Made by a program: the position numbers and the translations under genes
Shown here: positions 54,844-62,877 of the stretch, one piece after another
How positions within the stretch are numbered: position 1 is the stretch's first letter
Layout: every line of letters starts with the position of its first letter
Notes under the pieces: generated by a model
What the model saw: only the letters and a program-made list of their open reading frames with translations
The model's database searches: none
What the model was told of the DNA's origin: nothing
From: Alphaproteobacteria bacterium
Lineage (GTDB): Bacteria > Pseudomonadota > Alphaproteobacteria > UBA828
Direction: 5' to 3'
Length of the DNA: 64,000 bases
Assembly: GCA_965220745.1 (NCBI GenBank)
Contig: CBDCQT010000010.1
Span: forward strand, 704,001 to 768,000

Positions 54844-56043
54844 ATGATGAGTATCGCGGCCTGGTCCGGTTCCCTCGTGGAGTGGGAGGGTGAGCTGTCG
54901 TCGCTGAAGGCGCGTCTTGGCCCGGTCTTCGGCCGGCGCGAGCTTCGCGAGACGGGAAGCGCGTTTCTGGATGGCCTCCTGTCGGGGATTGCGCGCAAGA
55001 CCGGATGGATGCTGTCGGAGCACGCGGGCTTTGAACGTCCCTGGCGGATCCAGGGCCTCCTGGGCCGAAACCGCTGGGATGCTGACGCGCTGCGCGACGA
55101 GGTGCGTGCCTATGTCGTGGAAGCGCTCGGTTGCGAGGACGGCGTCCTGGTGGTGGACGAGACAGGCTTTCTGAAGAAGGGGCGTCACTCGGTCGGGGTC
55201 GCACGCCAGTACACGGGGACTGCAGGCCGCATCGAGAACAGCCAGGTCGGTGTCTTTCTCGCCTATGCCGGCCGTTTCGGCCAGGCCCTGATCGACCGGC
55301 GCCTGTACTTGCCGAAGGATTGGGCCTCGGATGAGGCCCGGCGGGCGAAGACGGGCGTCCCGGCCGACCTGACCTTCGCCACCAAGCCCGCGCTGGCACG
55401 GGAGATGGTGGCGCGCGCCCTGGATGCGGGCGTTCCCTGTGCGTGGGTCCTGGCCGATGCGGTCTACGGGTCGGACTTCGGCCTGCGCTCCATGCTGGAG
55501 GAGCGAGGACAGGCCTACGTGCTGGCGATACGCAGCAACCATCATCTGCGCTTCATCGACGCCGCGGGCTTGATTGAAACGACCCCTGCTCAGATCGCCG
55601 ACGGTCTTGACCACGACGCCTGGTCGGCCCATGCCGCCGGCGAGGGCAGCAAGGGTCTGCGGCTCTACCACTGGGCGCGGTTCGCTCTGCCCTGGGACTG
55701 CCCCTCGGGCTGGCAACGCTGGCTCCTGATCCGCCGCTCCCGGAAAGACCCGGAGAAGCGGGCCTACTATCTTGTCTTCTGTCCCGTCGCCACGAGCCTT
55801 GCCGAGCTGGCAGGCGCCGCCGGTCTGCGCTGGACCATCGAGGAATGCTTTCAGCGGGCCAAGGACGACCTCGGCCTCGATCACTGCGAGGCCCGCTCCT
55901 GGCACGGCTGGCACCGCCACATGAGCCTCGTCATGGCCGCCGCCGCCTTCCTTGCCAAGGTGACTGCCGACATGCGCCGCATGGCATGCCGCAAACGGAA
56001 CAAATCGAGTCCAGTCATGGCAACAGCCGTCTCGCCGCCATGA
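54844..56043 (+). CDS. IS701-family transposase
   Basis: VDETGFLKKG..SVGVARQY.G..G...N.QV, ADAVYG, RW.IEE.F...K...GLD. Confidence 0.93.
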   Translation: MMSIAAWSGSLVEWEGELSSLKARLGPVFGRRELRETGSAFLDGLLSGIARKTGWMLSEHAGFERPWRIQGLLGRNRWDADALRDEVRAYVVEALGCEDGVLVVDETGFLKKGRHSVGVARQYTGTAGRIENSQVGVFLAYAGRFGQALIDRRLYLPKDWASDEARRAKTGVPADLTFATKPALAREMVARALDAGVPCAWVLADAVYGSDFGLRSMLEERGQAYVLAIRSNHHLRFIDAAGLIETTPAQIADGLDHDAWSAHAAGEGSKGLRLYHWARFALPWDCPSGWQRWLLIRRSRKDPEKRAYYLVFCPVATSLAELAGAAGLRWTIEECFQRAKDDLGLDHCEARSWHGWHRHMSLVMAAAAFLAKVTADMRRMACRKRNKSSPVMATAVSPP

Positions 56044-56210
56044 ACGCTCTCGTGCCGACAGTGCCGGAGGTCCGCCATCTGCTCGCCAAGCTCCTTCTCA
56101 GGCCGCCGATCTGTGCCGCGTTCGTCATGCAGTGGTCTCTCTGGCGACGAAGACACCAAGCCCGTGCCGCACGAGCCCATTACAAACATCGCCACAAAAC
56201 GCAACTGTAG
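56040..56210 (+). CDS. Small ORF resembling the usual IS701 transposase C-terminal tail
   Basis: PTVPEVRHLL...WSLWRRRHQA.A...HY. ATGA overlap with the transposase stop. Confidence 0.55.
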   Translation: MNALVPTVPEVRHLLAKLLLRPPICAAFVMQWSLWRRRHQARAARAHYKHRHKTQL

Positions 56211-56215
56211 TATTA

Positions 56216-57056
56216 GGCCGCGTACTCATAAAGTAATTGTCGGCGAGCGCGAATCATGATTCAAGCTCCCAAATTGCGGGAGCCTGCCGATGAACCGCTA
56301 CGACCTGACCGACTTCGAGTGGGGCGTGATCGAACCGTTGCTGCCGAACAAGCCTCGCGGCGTCCCCCGCGTGGACGACCGGCGCGTGCTCAACGGCATT
56401 ATGTGGGTGCTCCGTTCCGGCGCTCCCTGGCGGGACCTGCCGGAGCGCTACGGGCCCTACACCACCTGTTACAACCGCTTCAATCGCTGGCGCAAGAACG
56501 GGGTGTGGGATCGCCTTATGGACGCCATCGTTGAGGCTTACGACGGCGACATACAGATGATCGACAGTTCCAGCGTCCGGGTTCACCAGCACGCAGCGGG
56601 CTCAAAAAGGGGGGTCCGGATCGTTGCATGGGTCGTTCCCGAGGCGGACTGACGACGAAGATTCACACCGTAGTCGACGCCAGCGGACTGCCGCTCCGCT
56701 TCGCCTTGAGCCCCGGTCAGGCCCACGACAGCACGCTTGCCGGAGCTTTGCTGGACGATCACCTGCCGCCCGACAGTTTCGTGCTCGCCGACAAGGCCTA
56801 CGACGCCGATTGGATCAGGGCGATGATCGAGGCGCAGGATGCGGTGCCGATCATCCCCGATCGCAGCAGCACCACCAGGACCCATGCCTTCAGCCGCGTG
56901 CTCTATCGCCTGCGCAACCGCGTCGAGCGTTTCTTCAACAAACTCAAACAGTTCCGGCGCATTGCAACGCGCTACGAAAAACTCGCGGCCAACTACCTCG
57001 CCATGATCAAAATCGCCGCAATACGCATCTGGTTGCGTGCTAATGAGTCCACGCCC
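56216..57056 (+). mobile_element. IS5-family insertion sequence (two-ORF type), TA duplication
   Basis: Terminal repeats GGCCGCGTACTCAT vs reverse-complemented GGGCGTGGACTCAT (11/14). TA at 56214-56215 and 57057-57058. Confidence 0.88.
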
Positions 57057-57059
57057 TAG
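56290..57059 (+). CDS. IS5-family transposase, orfA (56290-56652) + orfB (56628-57059), probably joined by a -1 frameshift
   Basis: LTD.EW..I.PLLP, WRDLPERYG, IDS; GRSRGG..TKIH, ADKAYD, RN.VER.F.KLKQFR..ATRYEK. AAAAAGGGGGG run near 56604-56614. Confidence 0.9.
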
Positions 57060-58493
57060 TACTACAGTTGCATATTAGTCGATGATGTGATGTCCTCGCT
57101 GCGTGATGGACGGGAAGAGGGGGAATGATGAGTATCGCGGCCTGGTCCGGTTCCCTCGTGGAGTGGGAGGGTGAGCTGTCGTCGCTGAAGGCGCGTCTTG
57201 GCCCGGTCTTCGGCCGGCGCGAGCTTCGCGAGACGGGAAGCGCGTTTCTGGATGGCCTCCTGTCGGGGATTGCGCGCAAGACCGGATGGATGCTGTCGGA
57301 GCACGCGGGCTTTGAACGTCCCTGGCGGATCCAGGGCCTCCTGGGCCGAAACCGCTGGGATGCTGACGCGCTGCGCGACGAGGTGCGTGCCTATGTCGTG
57401 GAAGCGCTCGGTTGCGAGGACGGCGTCCTGGTGGTGGACGAGACAGGCTTTCTGAAGAAGGGGCGTCACTCGGTCGGGGTCGCACGCCAGTACACGGGGA
57501 CTGCAGGCCGCATCGAGAACAGCCAGGTCGGTGTCTTTCTCGCCTATGCCGGCCGTTTCGGCCAGGCCCTGATCGACCGGCGCCTGTACTTGCCGAAGGA
57601 TTGGGCCTCGGATGAGGCCCGGCGGGCGAAGACGGGCGTCCCGGCCGACCTGACCTTCGCCACCAAGCCCGCGCTGGCACGGGAGATGGTGGCGCGCGCC
57701 CTGGATGCGGGCGTTCCCTGTGCGTGGGTCCTGGCCGATGCGGTCTACGGGTCGGACTTCGGCCTGCGCTCCATGCTGGAGGAGCGAGGACAGGCCTACG
57801 TGCTGGCGATACGCAGCAACCATCATCTGCGCTTCATCGACGCCGCGGGCTTGATTGAAACGACCCCTGCTCAGATCGCCGACGGTCTTGACCACGACGC
57901 CTGGTCGGCCCATGCCGCCGGCGAGGGCAGCAAGGGTCTGCGGCTCTACCACTGGGCGCGGTTCGCTCTGCCCTGGGACTGCCCCTCGGGCTGGCAACGC
58001 TGGCTCCTGATCCGCCGCTCCCGGAAAGACCCGGAGAAGCGGGCCTACTATCTTGTCTTCTGTCCCGTCGCCACGAGCCTTGCCGAGCTGGCAGGCGCCG
58101 CCGGTCTGCGCTGGACCATCGAGGAATGCTTTCAGCGGGCCAAGGACGACCTCGGCCTCGATCACTGCGAGGCCCGCTCCTGGCACGGCTGGCACCGCCA
58201 CATGAGCCTCGTCATGGCCGCCGCCGCCTTCCTTGCCAAGGTGACTGCCGACATGCGCCGCATGGCATGCCGCAAACGGAACAAATCGAGTCCAGTCATG
58301 GCAACAGCCGTCTCGCCGCCATGAACGCTCTCGTGCCGACAGTGCCGGAGGTCCGCCATCTGCTCGCCAAGCTCCTTCTCAGGCCGCCGATCTGTGCCGC
58401 GTTCGTCATGCAGTGGTCTCTCTGGCGACGAAGACACCAAGCCCGTGCCGCACGAGCCCATTACAAACATCGCCACAAAACGCAACTGTAGTA
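57060..58493 (+). mobile_element. IS701-family insertion sequence, copy 2 (1434 bp, CTAG duplication)
   Basis: Same terminal repeats and identical translated ORFs as copy 1. CTAG at 57056-57059 and 58494-58497. Confidence 0.92.
57125..58324 (+). CDS. IS701-family transposase (copy 2)
   Basis: Protein identical to 54844-56043. Confidence 0.93.
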   Translation: MMSIAAWSGSLVEWEGELSSLKARLGPVFGRRELRETGSAFLDGLLSGIARKTGWMLSEHAGFERPWRIQGLLGRNRWDADALRDEVRAYVVEALGCEDGVLVVDETGFLKKGRHSVGVARQYTGTAGRIENSQVGVFLAYAGRFGQALIDRRLYLPKDWASDEARRAKTGVPADLTFATKPALAREMVARALDAGVPCAWVLADAVYGSDFGLRSMLEERGQAYVLAIRSNHHLRFIDAAGLIETTPAQIADGLDHDAWSAHAAGEGSKGLRLYHWARFALPWDCPSGWQRWLLIRRSRKDPEKRAYYLVFCPVATSLAELAGAAGLRWTIEECFQRAKDDLGLDHCEARSWHGWHRHMSLVMAAAAFLAKVTADMRRMACRKRNKSSPVMATAVSPP

Positions 58494-58524
58494 CTAGCCT
58501 GGATTTCTAGCCACGGTCGCGGCC
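58494..58524 (+). repeat. Solo degenerate end of the family C MITE
   Basis: ctagcctggatttctagccacggtcgcggcc matches 26/31 nt of the terminal repeat at 26170. Confidence 0.65.
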
Positions 58525-58535
58525 GGTTACAGCGC

Positions 58536-59384
58536 TCATGAGCCTCGCTGCTCGTCGAAAAACCGGCAGAGCTCGCCGTTGGGCACCTGCCCTTCGGAAT
58601 AGGTGAAGGTGCCGCGGTCACGCATTTCCTCCGCCGCCCGACGTATGACGCCGAACGTGGCCCGAGCCAGCGAGCCGCCGATGCTCACCCGCTTCACGCC
58701 CAGGTCCTCGAGCTGGCTCACGCTCATCGGACTGCCGGCAAGGCCCATGACCACGTTGACCGGCCCGTCGACCTCCCTCACCAGCCGGCCGATGGTCTCG
58801 GGGTCCTTGACGCCGGGGACGTAGAGGCAGTCCGCACCCGCTTCCCGATACATGTTGACCCTCGTCACCGACTCCTCGAACGGGTTCGGATGCCCCATGA
58901 GGTAGCACTCGGCCCTCGCGGTCAGCGTGAACGGAAACGGCAGGGACGCGGCAGCGCTCGCCGCAGCCTCGATCCTCTCCACCGATAGCGCCCGATCGTA
59001 GAGATCGCCGGTGCCGTAAGCGGCGGCATAGTCCTCGATGCTGGCCGCCACCGCGCCGGTCTCGGCCGCCAGGCGGATGGTCTTGGCCACCTCTTCCGGC
59101 GAATGTCCGTAGCCGTTCTCCGCATCCATGCTGACGGGTATCCGGAGCGCGCCTGCAATCCGTTCGGTCTCCTCCAGCGCCGCTTGGCGGGTGAGCACGC
59201 CTTCGTAGTCGGGGAGACCGAGGCAGAATGCGATCCCCGCGCTGCTGGTGCCGACGGCGGGGAAGCCCGCAGCCTCCAGCATGTAGGCGCTGCCGGCGTT
59301 CCATGCGTTCGGCATCACGAATATGCCGTCGGCCAGATGCAGGTCCTTGAATGCCTGCCCCTTGGTTGTCTGCGCTTCGCTCAA
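58536..59384 (-). CDS. Isocitrate lyase/PEP mutase family protein
   Basis: PNAWNAGSA, TSSAGIA...G.PD, D.ENGYG, IED, LTARAE, Y..AGAD, LGVKRVS.G. Start uncertain. Confidence 0.88.
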   Translation of the reverse strand: MSEAQTTKGQAFKDLHLADGIFVMPNAWNAGSAYMLEAAGFPAVGTSSAGIAFCLGLPDYEGVLTRQAALEETERIAGALRIPVSMDAENGYGHSPEEVAKTIRLAAETGAVAASIEDYAAAYGTGDLYDRALSVERIEAAASAAASLPFPFTLTARAECYLMGHPNPFEESVTRVNMYREAGADCLYVPGVKDPETIGRLVREVDGPVNVVMGLAGSPMSVSQLEDLGVKRVSIGGSLARATFGVIRRAAEEMRDRGTFTYSEGQVPNGELCRFFDEQRGS

Positions 59385-59414
59385 CGGATCGTCTCCTGCG
59401 TTATCGGCGGCTGG

Positions 59415-60317
59415 TCAACCGGCGGACTCCACCGCATCCACGAAGGAGTCGACGAGGTTGTCCGAGGCGTTGACGACGTGCTCCGGTCCGGGGAAGCGGC
59501 CCTCGTGGACATCGGCGACGAATTCCCGGAAGCCGGCCAGCCGCTCGGCCTGCATCGCCTGCTTCATCTTGTAGAGGTGCCGGTACTGCTTCGAGTGCCG
59601 GGGGTAGGGAGGCGGGTTGTTGCCGAGGATGTCGTCGGCGAACAGGAACTGGATATCCCCGCCGCTGCCCGCTCCGATGGACGACGTAAGCAGCCGCGTG
59701 CGCTTGCTGATCTCGACCAGCAGCTGCGCGGGGATGACCTCGACCTCCACCGCGTAGGCGCCGGCGTCCTCGAGGGCCTTGATCTCGCGATAGACCCACA
59801 TCGCCTCGTCGAGGGTCTTTCCGACCGCGCGCAACCCCCCGGTCCATGTGCTCTTGCGGGGGACCAGCCCCGCGTGGCCCTGGATCGGGATGCCCGCGTC
59901 GGCCGCCGCCGCCACGAAGCGGGGGCTCCACTGGCACATGATCGCGTCCGCCCCGAGCGCCATCGCATCGTAGCCGATGCGGACCGCTTCGACCTCGCTC
60001 GCGGCGGCGACGAGCGGCACGGAAAAGGCCATGAACGTGTTGGGGGCTGCGCGCCGGATCGCCGCCGTGAGCTCGGGTTGGCGGGGATCGAAGCGCGCCT
60101 TCATGGTATCGATACCGGCCTCCTCGGCGGCCGCCGCTTCCTCCGGGGAGAACGGCAGGGTCTCCACCAGCACGCGCTTTCCCTTCTGATCTCGCAGGTC
60201 CTTCACGGTGTAGTTGCGGGTCCCGTACGCACCCCCGAGGGTCATGACCCGCTTCAGCCCGCGCGCCGCCGCATCTCTGGGCGGAATGCCTCCGTCCCCG
60301 GTCGCGTGGCTGGTCAT
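59415..60317 (-). CDS. Divergent PanB-like (ketopantoate hydroxymethyltransferase fold) protein
   Basis: GIP..GH.GL.P, GG.RAVGK, LE.AGA...E.E.IP, IGAG...D.Q.L...DILG. Lacks the canonical N-terminal LVGDS motif. Confidence 0.75.
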   Translation of the reverse strand: MTSHATGDGGIPPRDAAARGLKRVMTLGGAYGTRNYTVKDLRDQKGKRVLVETLPFSPEEAAAAEEAGIDTMKARFDPRQPELTAAIRRAAPNTFMAFSVPLVAAASEVEAVRIGYDAMALGADAIMCQWSPRFVAAAADAGIPIQGHAGLVPRKSTWTGGLRAVGKTLDEAMWVYREIKALEDAGAYAVEVEVIPAQLLVEISKRTRLLTSSIGAGSGGDIQFLFADDILGNNPPPYPRHSKQYRHLYKMKQAMQAERLAGFREFVADVHEGRFPGPEHVVNASDNLVDSFVDAVESAG

Positions 60318-60528
60318 GGCTCTTCTCCTTGCTCGCGGTGCTCTGCGAGGCACGTTACCAGAGTTTGCCGAGCGCGTTCGTTCGCGTGGCCCGGTCACGC
60401 GCACGGCGGCCGCGTCCGGTTGGGAACCGGTTCGTGCCGCGCCCGGAAACGCGCTGCGGCGGCACCGGAACCCGGCGCCGCCGCGAGTCATGCGAGTTCG
60501 TCTTCAGGCGCCCGTGGGCGCGTCGGCC

Positions 60529-61332
60529 TCAGGCGGGGCTAGCCGCCGTCGCATCGGCCGGAGAGTGAGCCTTCACCTTCGGGGTCCGAGCGCTCTTGCG
60601 CATGTCGGTCTTGACGTACTTCGTCGAGTAGCCGTTGAAGAGGTGCCCAAGCAGGCCACGATCGAGATCCGACGTCCCGAACATCCAGTCGGCGATGGGG
60701 AACGTCAGGTTCATGTTCCGCTCCATCATGATCGACTGGTTGTGGTGCGCCGCGTGGTGGCGCCGGATCGTGTTCACGAACGGGCAGTAGCGCACGAACC
60801 GGTTCTCATCGATGTGGCAGCAGAAGTGCATGAACTCGTAGAGCAGATAGAGGCTGGTCGTGGTGGCGATGACGAGCCAGCCCACGTTCGCCGAGATGAC
60901 GAAGCCTGCGATCAGCGCCGGCGGCGTCGACATGAGGATGAACACGACAAGCGCGTAGGGCGGGAAGACGGTCACACGCCAATCATGCTGGCCGGCGAAG
61001 CGCATCTCCTTGTCGGTGAAGAACTGGTGGTGCATGAGCATGTGGCGCGTGTAGATGGCGCGGAAGCCCTTCCACTTGCGCGGACGGTGCATGACCTGGA
61101 CATGGAGCAGCCACTCGAAGATGTTGCTCGCCAGCAGCACTACGGGAATCGTGAGCCACTCCCACCACAGCATGGTCCCGACATGGGAGAGACAGACGTA
61201 GAGCGCGCAGGCGCCGATGAGGTAGATGATCGCGACGTGCAGATAGCCGTTGTACCAGGCTGCGATGCGCTCCCGGTAGACCTCACGGTAAATCCGCTGG
61301 CGCTCGTCCATCGGTGAGTTCGCGAGTTCCAT
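60529..61332 (-). CDS. Sterol desaturase/fatty acid hydroxylase family protein
   Basis: His boxes EW.LH...MH, H...HH, YEFMH...H and HH..HH, plus transmembrane segments. Confidence 0.85.
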   Translation of the reverse strand: MELANSPMDERQRIYREVYRERIAAWYNGYLHVAIIYLIGACALYVCLSHVGTMLWWEWLTIPVVLLASNIFEWLLHVQVMHRPRKWKGFRAIYTRHMLMHHQFFTDKEMRFAGQHDWRVTVFPPYALVVFILMSTPPALIAGFVISANVGWLVIATTTSLYLLYEFMHFCCHIDENRFVRYCPFVNTIRRHHAAHHNQSIMMERNMNLTFPIADWMFGTSDLDRGLLGHLFNGYSTKYVKTDMRKSARTPKVKAHSPADATAASPA

Positions 61333-61388
61333 GGTCGTGCCCCCTGTGCCCCGTGTTTGAGCGCTGGCGCGCCAAGGCATTCCGAGAG

Positions 61389-61398
61389 TAATATATTA
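61389..61398. promoter_or_regulatory. Palindrome TAATATATTA, candidate GntR operator
   Basis: Perfect AT-only 10-bp palindrome in GC-rich DNA, about 57 nt upstream of the hydroxylase start and next to a GntR gene. Confidence 0.4.
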
Positions 61399-61489
61399 GT
61401 CGAATATCAACGGCAAAACAAGCATGCTGCTGCCCTGATTGAGGATATTGCGGCGTGCAGGCGCGAGGGCTTCGGCATCGCCATGTCGC

Positions 61490-62173
61490 CTACCAGTCCA
61501 CCGCCGCCCGGGTGATCGATTCGATGTATTCGAGTAGGGCATCGCTCGCCATTGCCGCCGCCGCCTCGTCTCCCGCCGCGATCGCGTTGGCGATGTCGGC
61601 ATGGAGTCGCGCGATCAACGAGAGATCGCCGTCCTGGCGGTGGTGCATGAACCAGAACCGCCGCGAAAGGCCGGCCATCAACGAGATCGCTTCGGACGCG
61701 AACTCATTGCGGGTCGCCTGGCTCACCAGCACGTTGAACTCGCGATCGAGGCGCATGAAGCGGATGTCGTCGCCCGCATCGGCGCTCTCGTATATCGCGC
61801 GGGCGATTGCCGCGAAACGGGCGCGCTCTTCGGTCGTTGCGCGAGACGCGGCAGAGCGAACCATCAGCCGCTCTAGCTCGCGGCGCACCTCCAGCATCCG
61901 GAGCTGCTTGCCGACGTTGAACTCCGAGACGAGGACACCGCGCCGGGGGAGCACCGTGACCAGCCCTTCCCGCGCCAGGCGCTGCAACGCCTCGCGCACC
62001 GGCGTGCGTCCGATGCCCAGCGTCTTCGAGAGCGCACCTTCGGAGAGCACCTCGCCGGGCTCGAGCCTGAGCGTGCAGATCATCTCCTCGAGCGCGACGT
62101 ATGCTTGGTCCGTGAGGCTGCGGTCGGGGTCCGTGCGCGGGCCCGCATCCGACTCTCTCTCACTCACGCTCAA
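61490..62173 (-). CDS. GntR/FCD family transcriptional regulator
   Basis: SLTDQAY..LEE.I, GRTPVREALQRL..EGLV...PRRG. Confidence 0.92.
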   Translation of the reverse strand: MSVSERESDAGPRTDPDRSLTDQAYVALEEMICTLRLEPGEVLSEGALSKTLGIGRTPVREALQRLAREGLVTVLPRRGVLVSEFNVGKQLRMLEVRRELERLMVRSAASRATTEERARFAAIARAIYESADAGDDIRFMRLDREFNVLVSQATRNEFASEAISLMAGLSRRFWFMHHRQDGDLSLIARLHADIANAIAAGDEAAAAMASDALLEYIESITRAAVDW

Positions 62174-62261
62174 GTGCGGCTCCGATACGCGAAAGCATGT
62201 TCGGAAATGGGATGCTTCGACGATTGCGGCGGCGCGTCCCGGCTGCCCGGATGCCGGTATG

Positions 62262-62296
62262 CTAGCCCGCCATTCTCACCACGGCCATGGCGTGTG
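62262..62296 (+). repeat. Solo degenerate end of the family C MITE
   Basis: ctagcccgccattctcaccacggccatggcg matches 26/31 nt of the terminal repeat at 26170. Confidence 0.65.
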
Positions 62297-62350
62297 TGGC
62301 GCGGACGATTCTACGATGTGCGACGCTCAGCCCCGCTTCGGAGCAACGCC

Positions 62351-62656
62351 ATGAAGACCTATGCCGGGGATCGCACCATCGACGGGCTCGTCGTCACCGT
62401 TGACGGCGAGCTCCTGGACCAGAGGCTCGACATACGGCGCTTCAGCGAGACCGGCTTCGAGTGGACCTATGAAGGTCCGCAGTCGCGTCAGCTCGCGCTC
62501 GCGATCCTGGCCGATCACCTCGGTGCAGGCGAGGAGGCGCGCGCCCTCGACCTTGTCGAGCCGTTCATGCGCGGCGTCGTGGCGAACTTCGACAACACGT
62601 GGGAGATGACGAGCGCCGACGTGGCCGCGGCAATCGACGCGTTCGACTCCACCTGA
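62351..62656 (+). CDS. Conserved hypothetical protein (DUF6166-like)
   Basis: Y.G.R, S.TGFEW.Y.G....QLALAILAD. Confidence 0.65.
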   Translation: MKTYAGDRTIDGLVVTVDGELLDQRLDIRRFSETGFEWTYEGPQSRQLALAILADHLGAGEEARALDLVEPFMRGVVANFDNTWEMTSADVAAAIDAFDST

Positions 62657-62676
62657 GATTGCGAAGGAACCGGGCG

Positions 62677-62871
62677 ATGCCCAGCAACTACAAGATTCTC
62701 GTCTCCGTGCTCGCCCTCGCGCTCTGCGTGGCGGTGTTTTTCCTCGACGACAGCACCGGGATCGTGCGCTGGGTGACCCTCGCCCTGGGGCCGCTGATGG
62801 CCGGCGCGATCTGGGTTCTGCCCGAAGCCAAGTCGAAGGAAATCCGAAAGGAAGTCGCCAACCGGCGCTGA
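62677..62871 (+). CDS. Small two-TM hypothetical membrane protein
   Basis: RBS AAGGA, two hydrophobic stretches, operon-like spacing to sat. Confidence 0.55.
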   Translation: MPSNYKILVSVLALALCVAVFFLDDSTGIVRWVTLALGPLMAGAIWVLPEAKSKEIRKEVANRR

Positions 62872-62877
62872 CACCCC

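Larger units (their letters stand above)
54779..56212 (+). mobile_element. IS701-family insertion sequence, copy 1 (1434 bp, TTAG duplication)
   Basis: Terminal repeats TACTACAGTTGC/GCAACTGTAGTA; TTAG at 54775-54778 and 56213-56216. Confidence 0.92.

Noticed and set aside
54779-58493. Assembly duplication explaining the two identical IS701 copies
   Set aside because: Each copy has its own distinct 4-bp target duplication (TTAG vs CTAG), which a simple misassembly is unlikely to generate.
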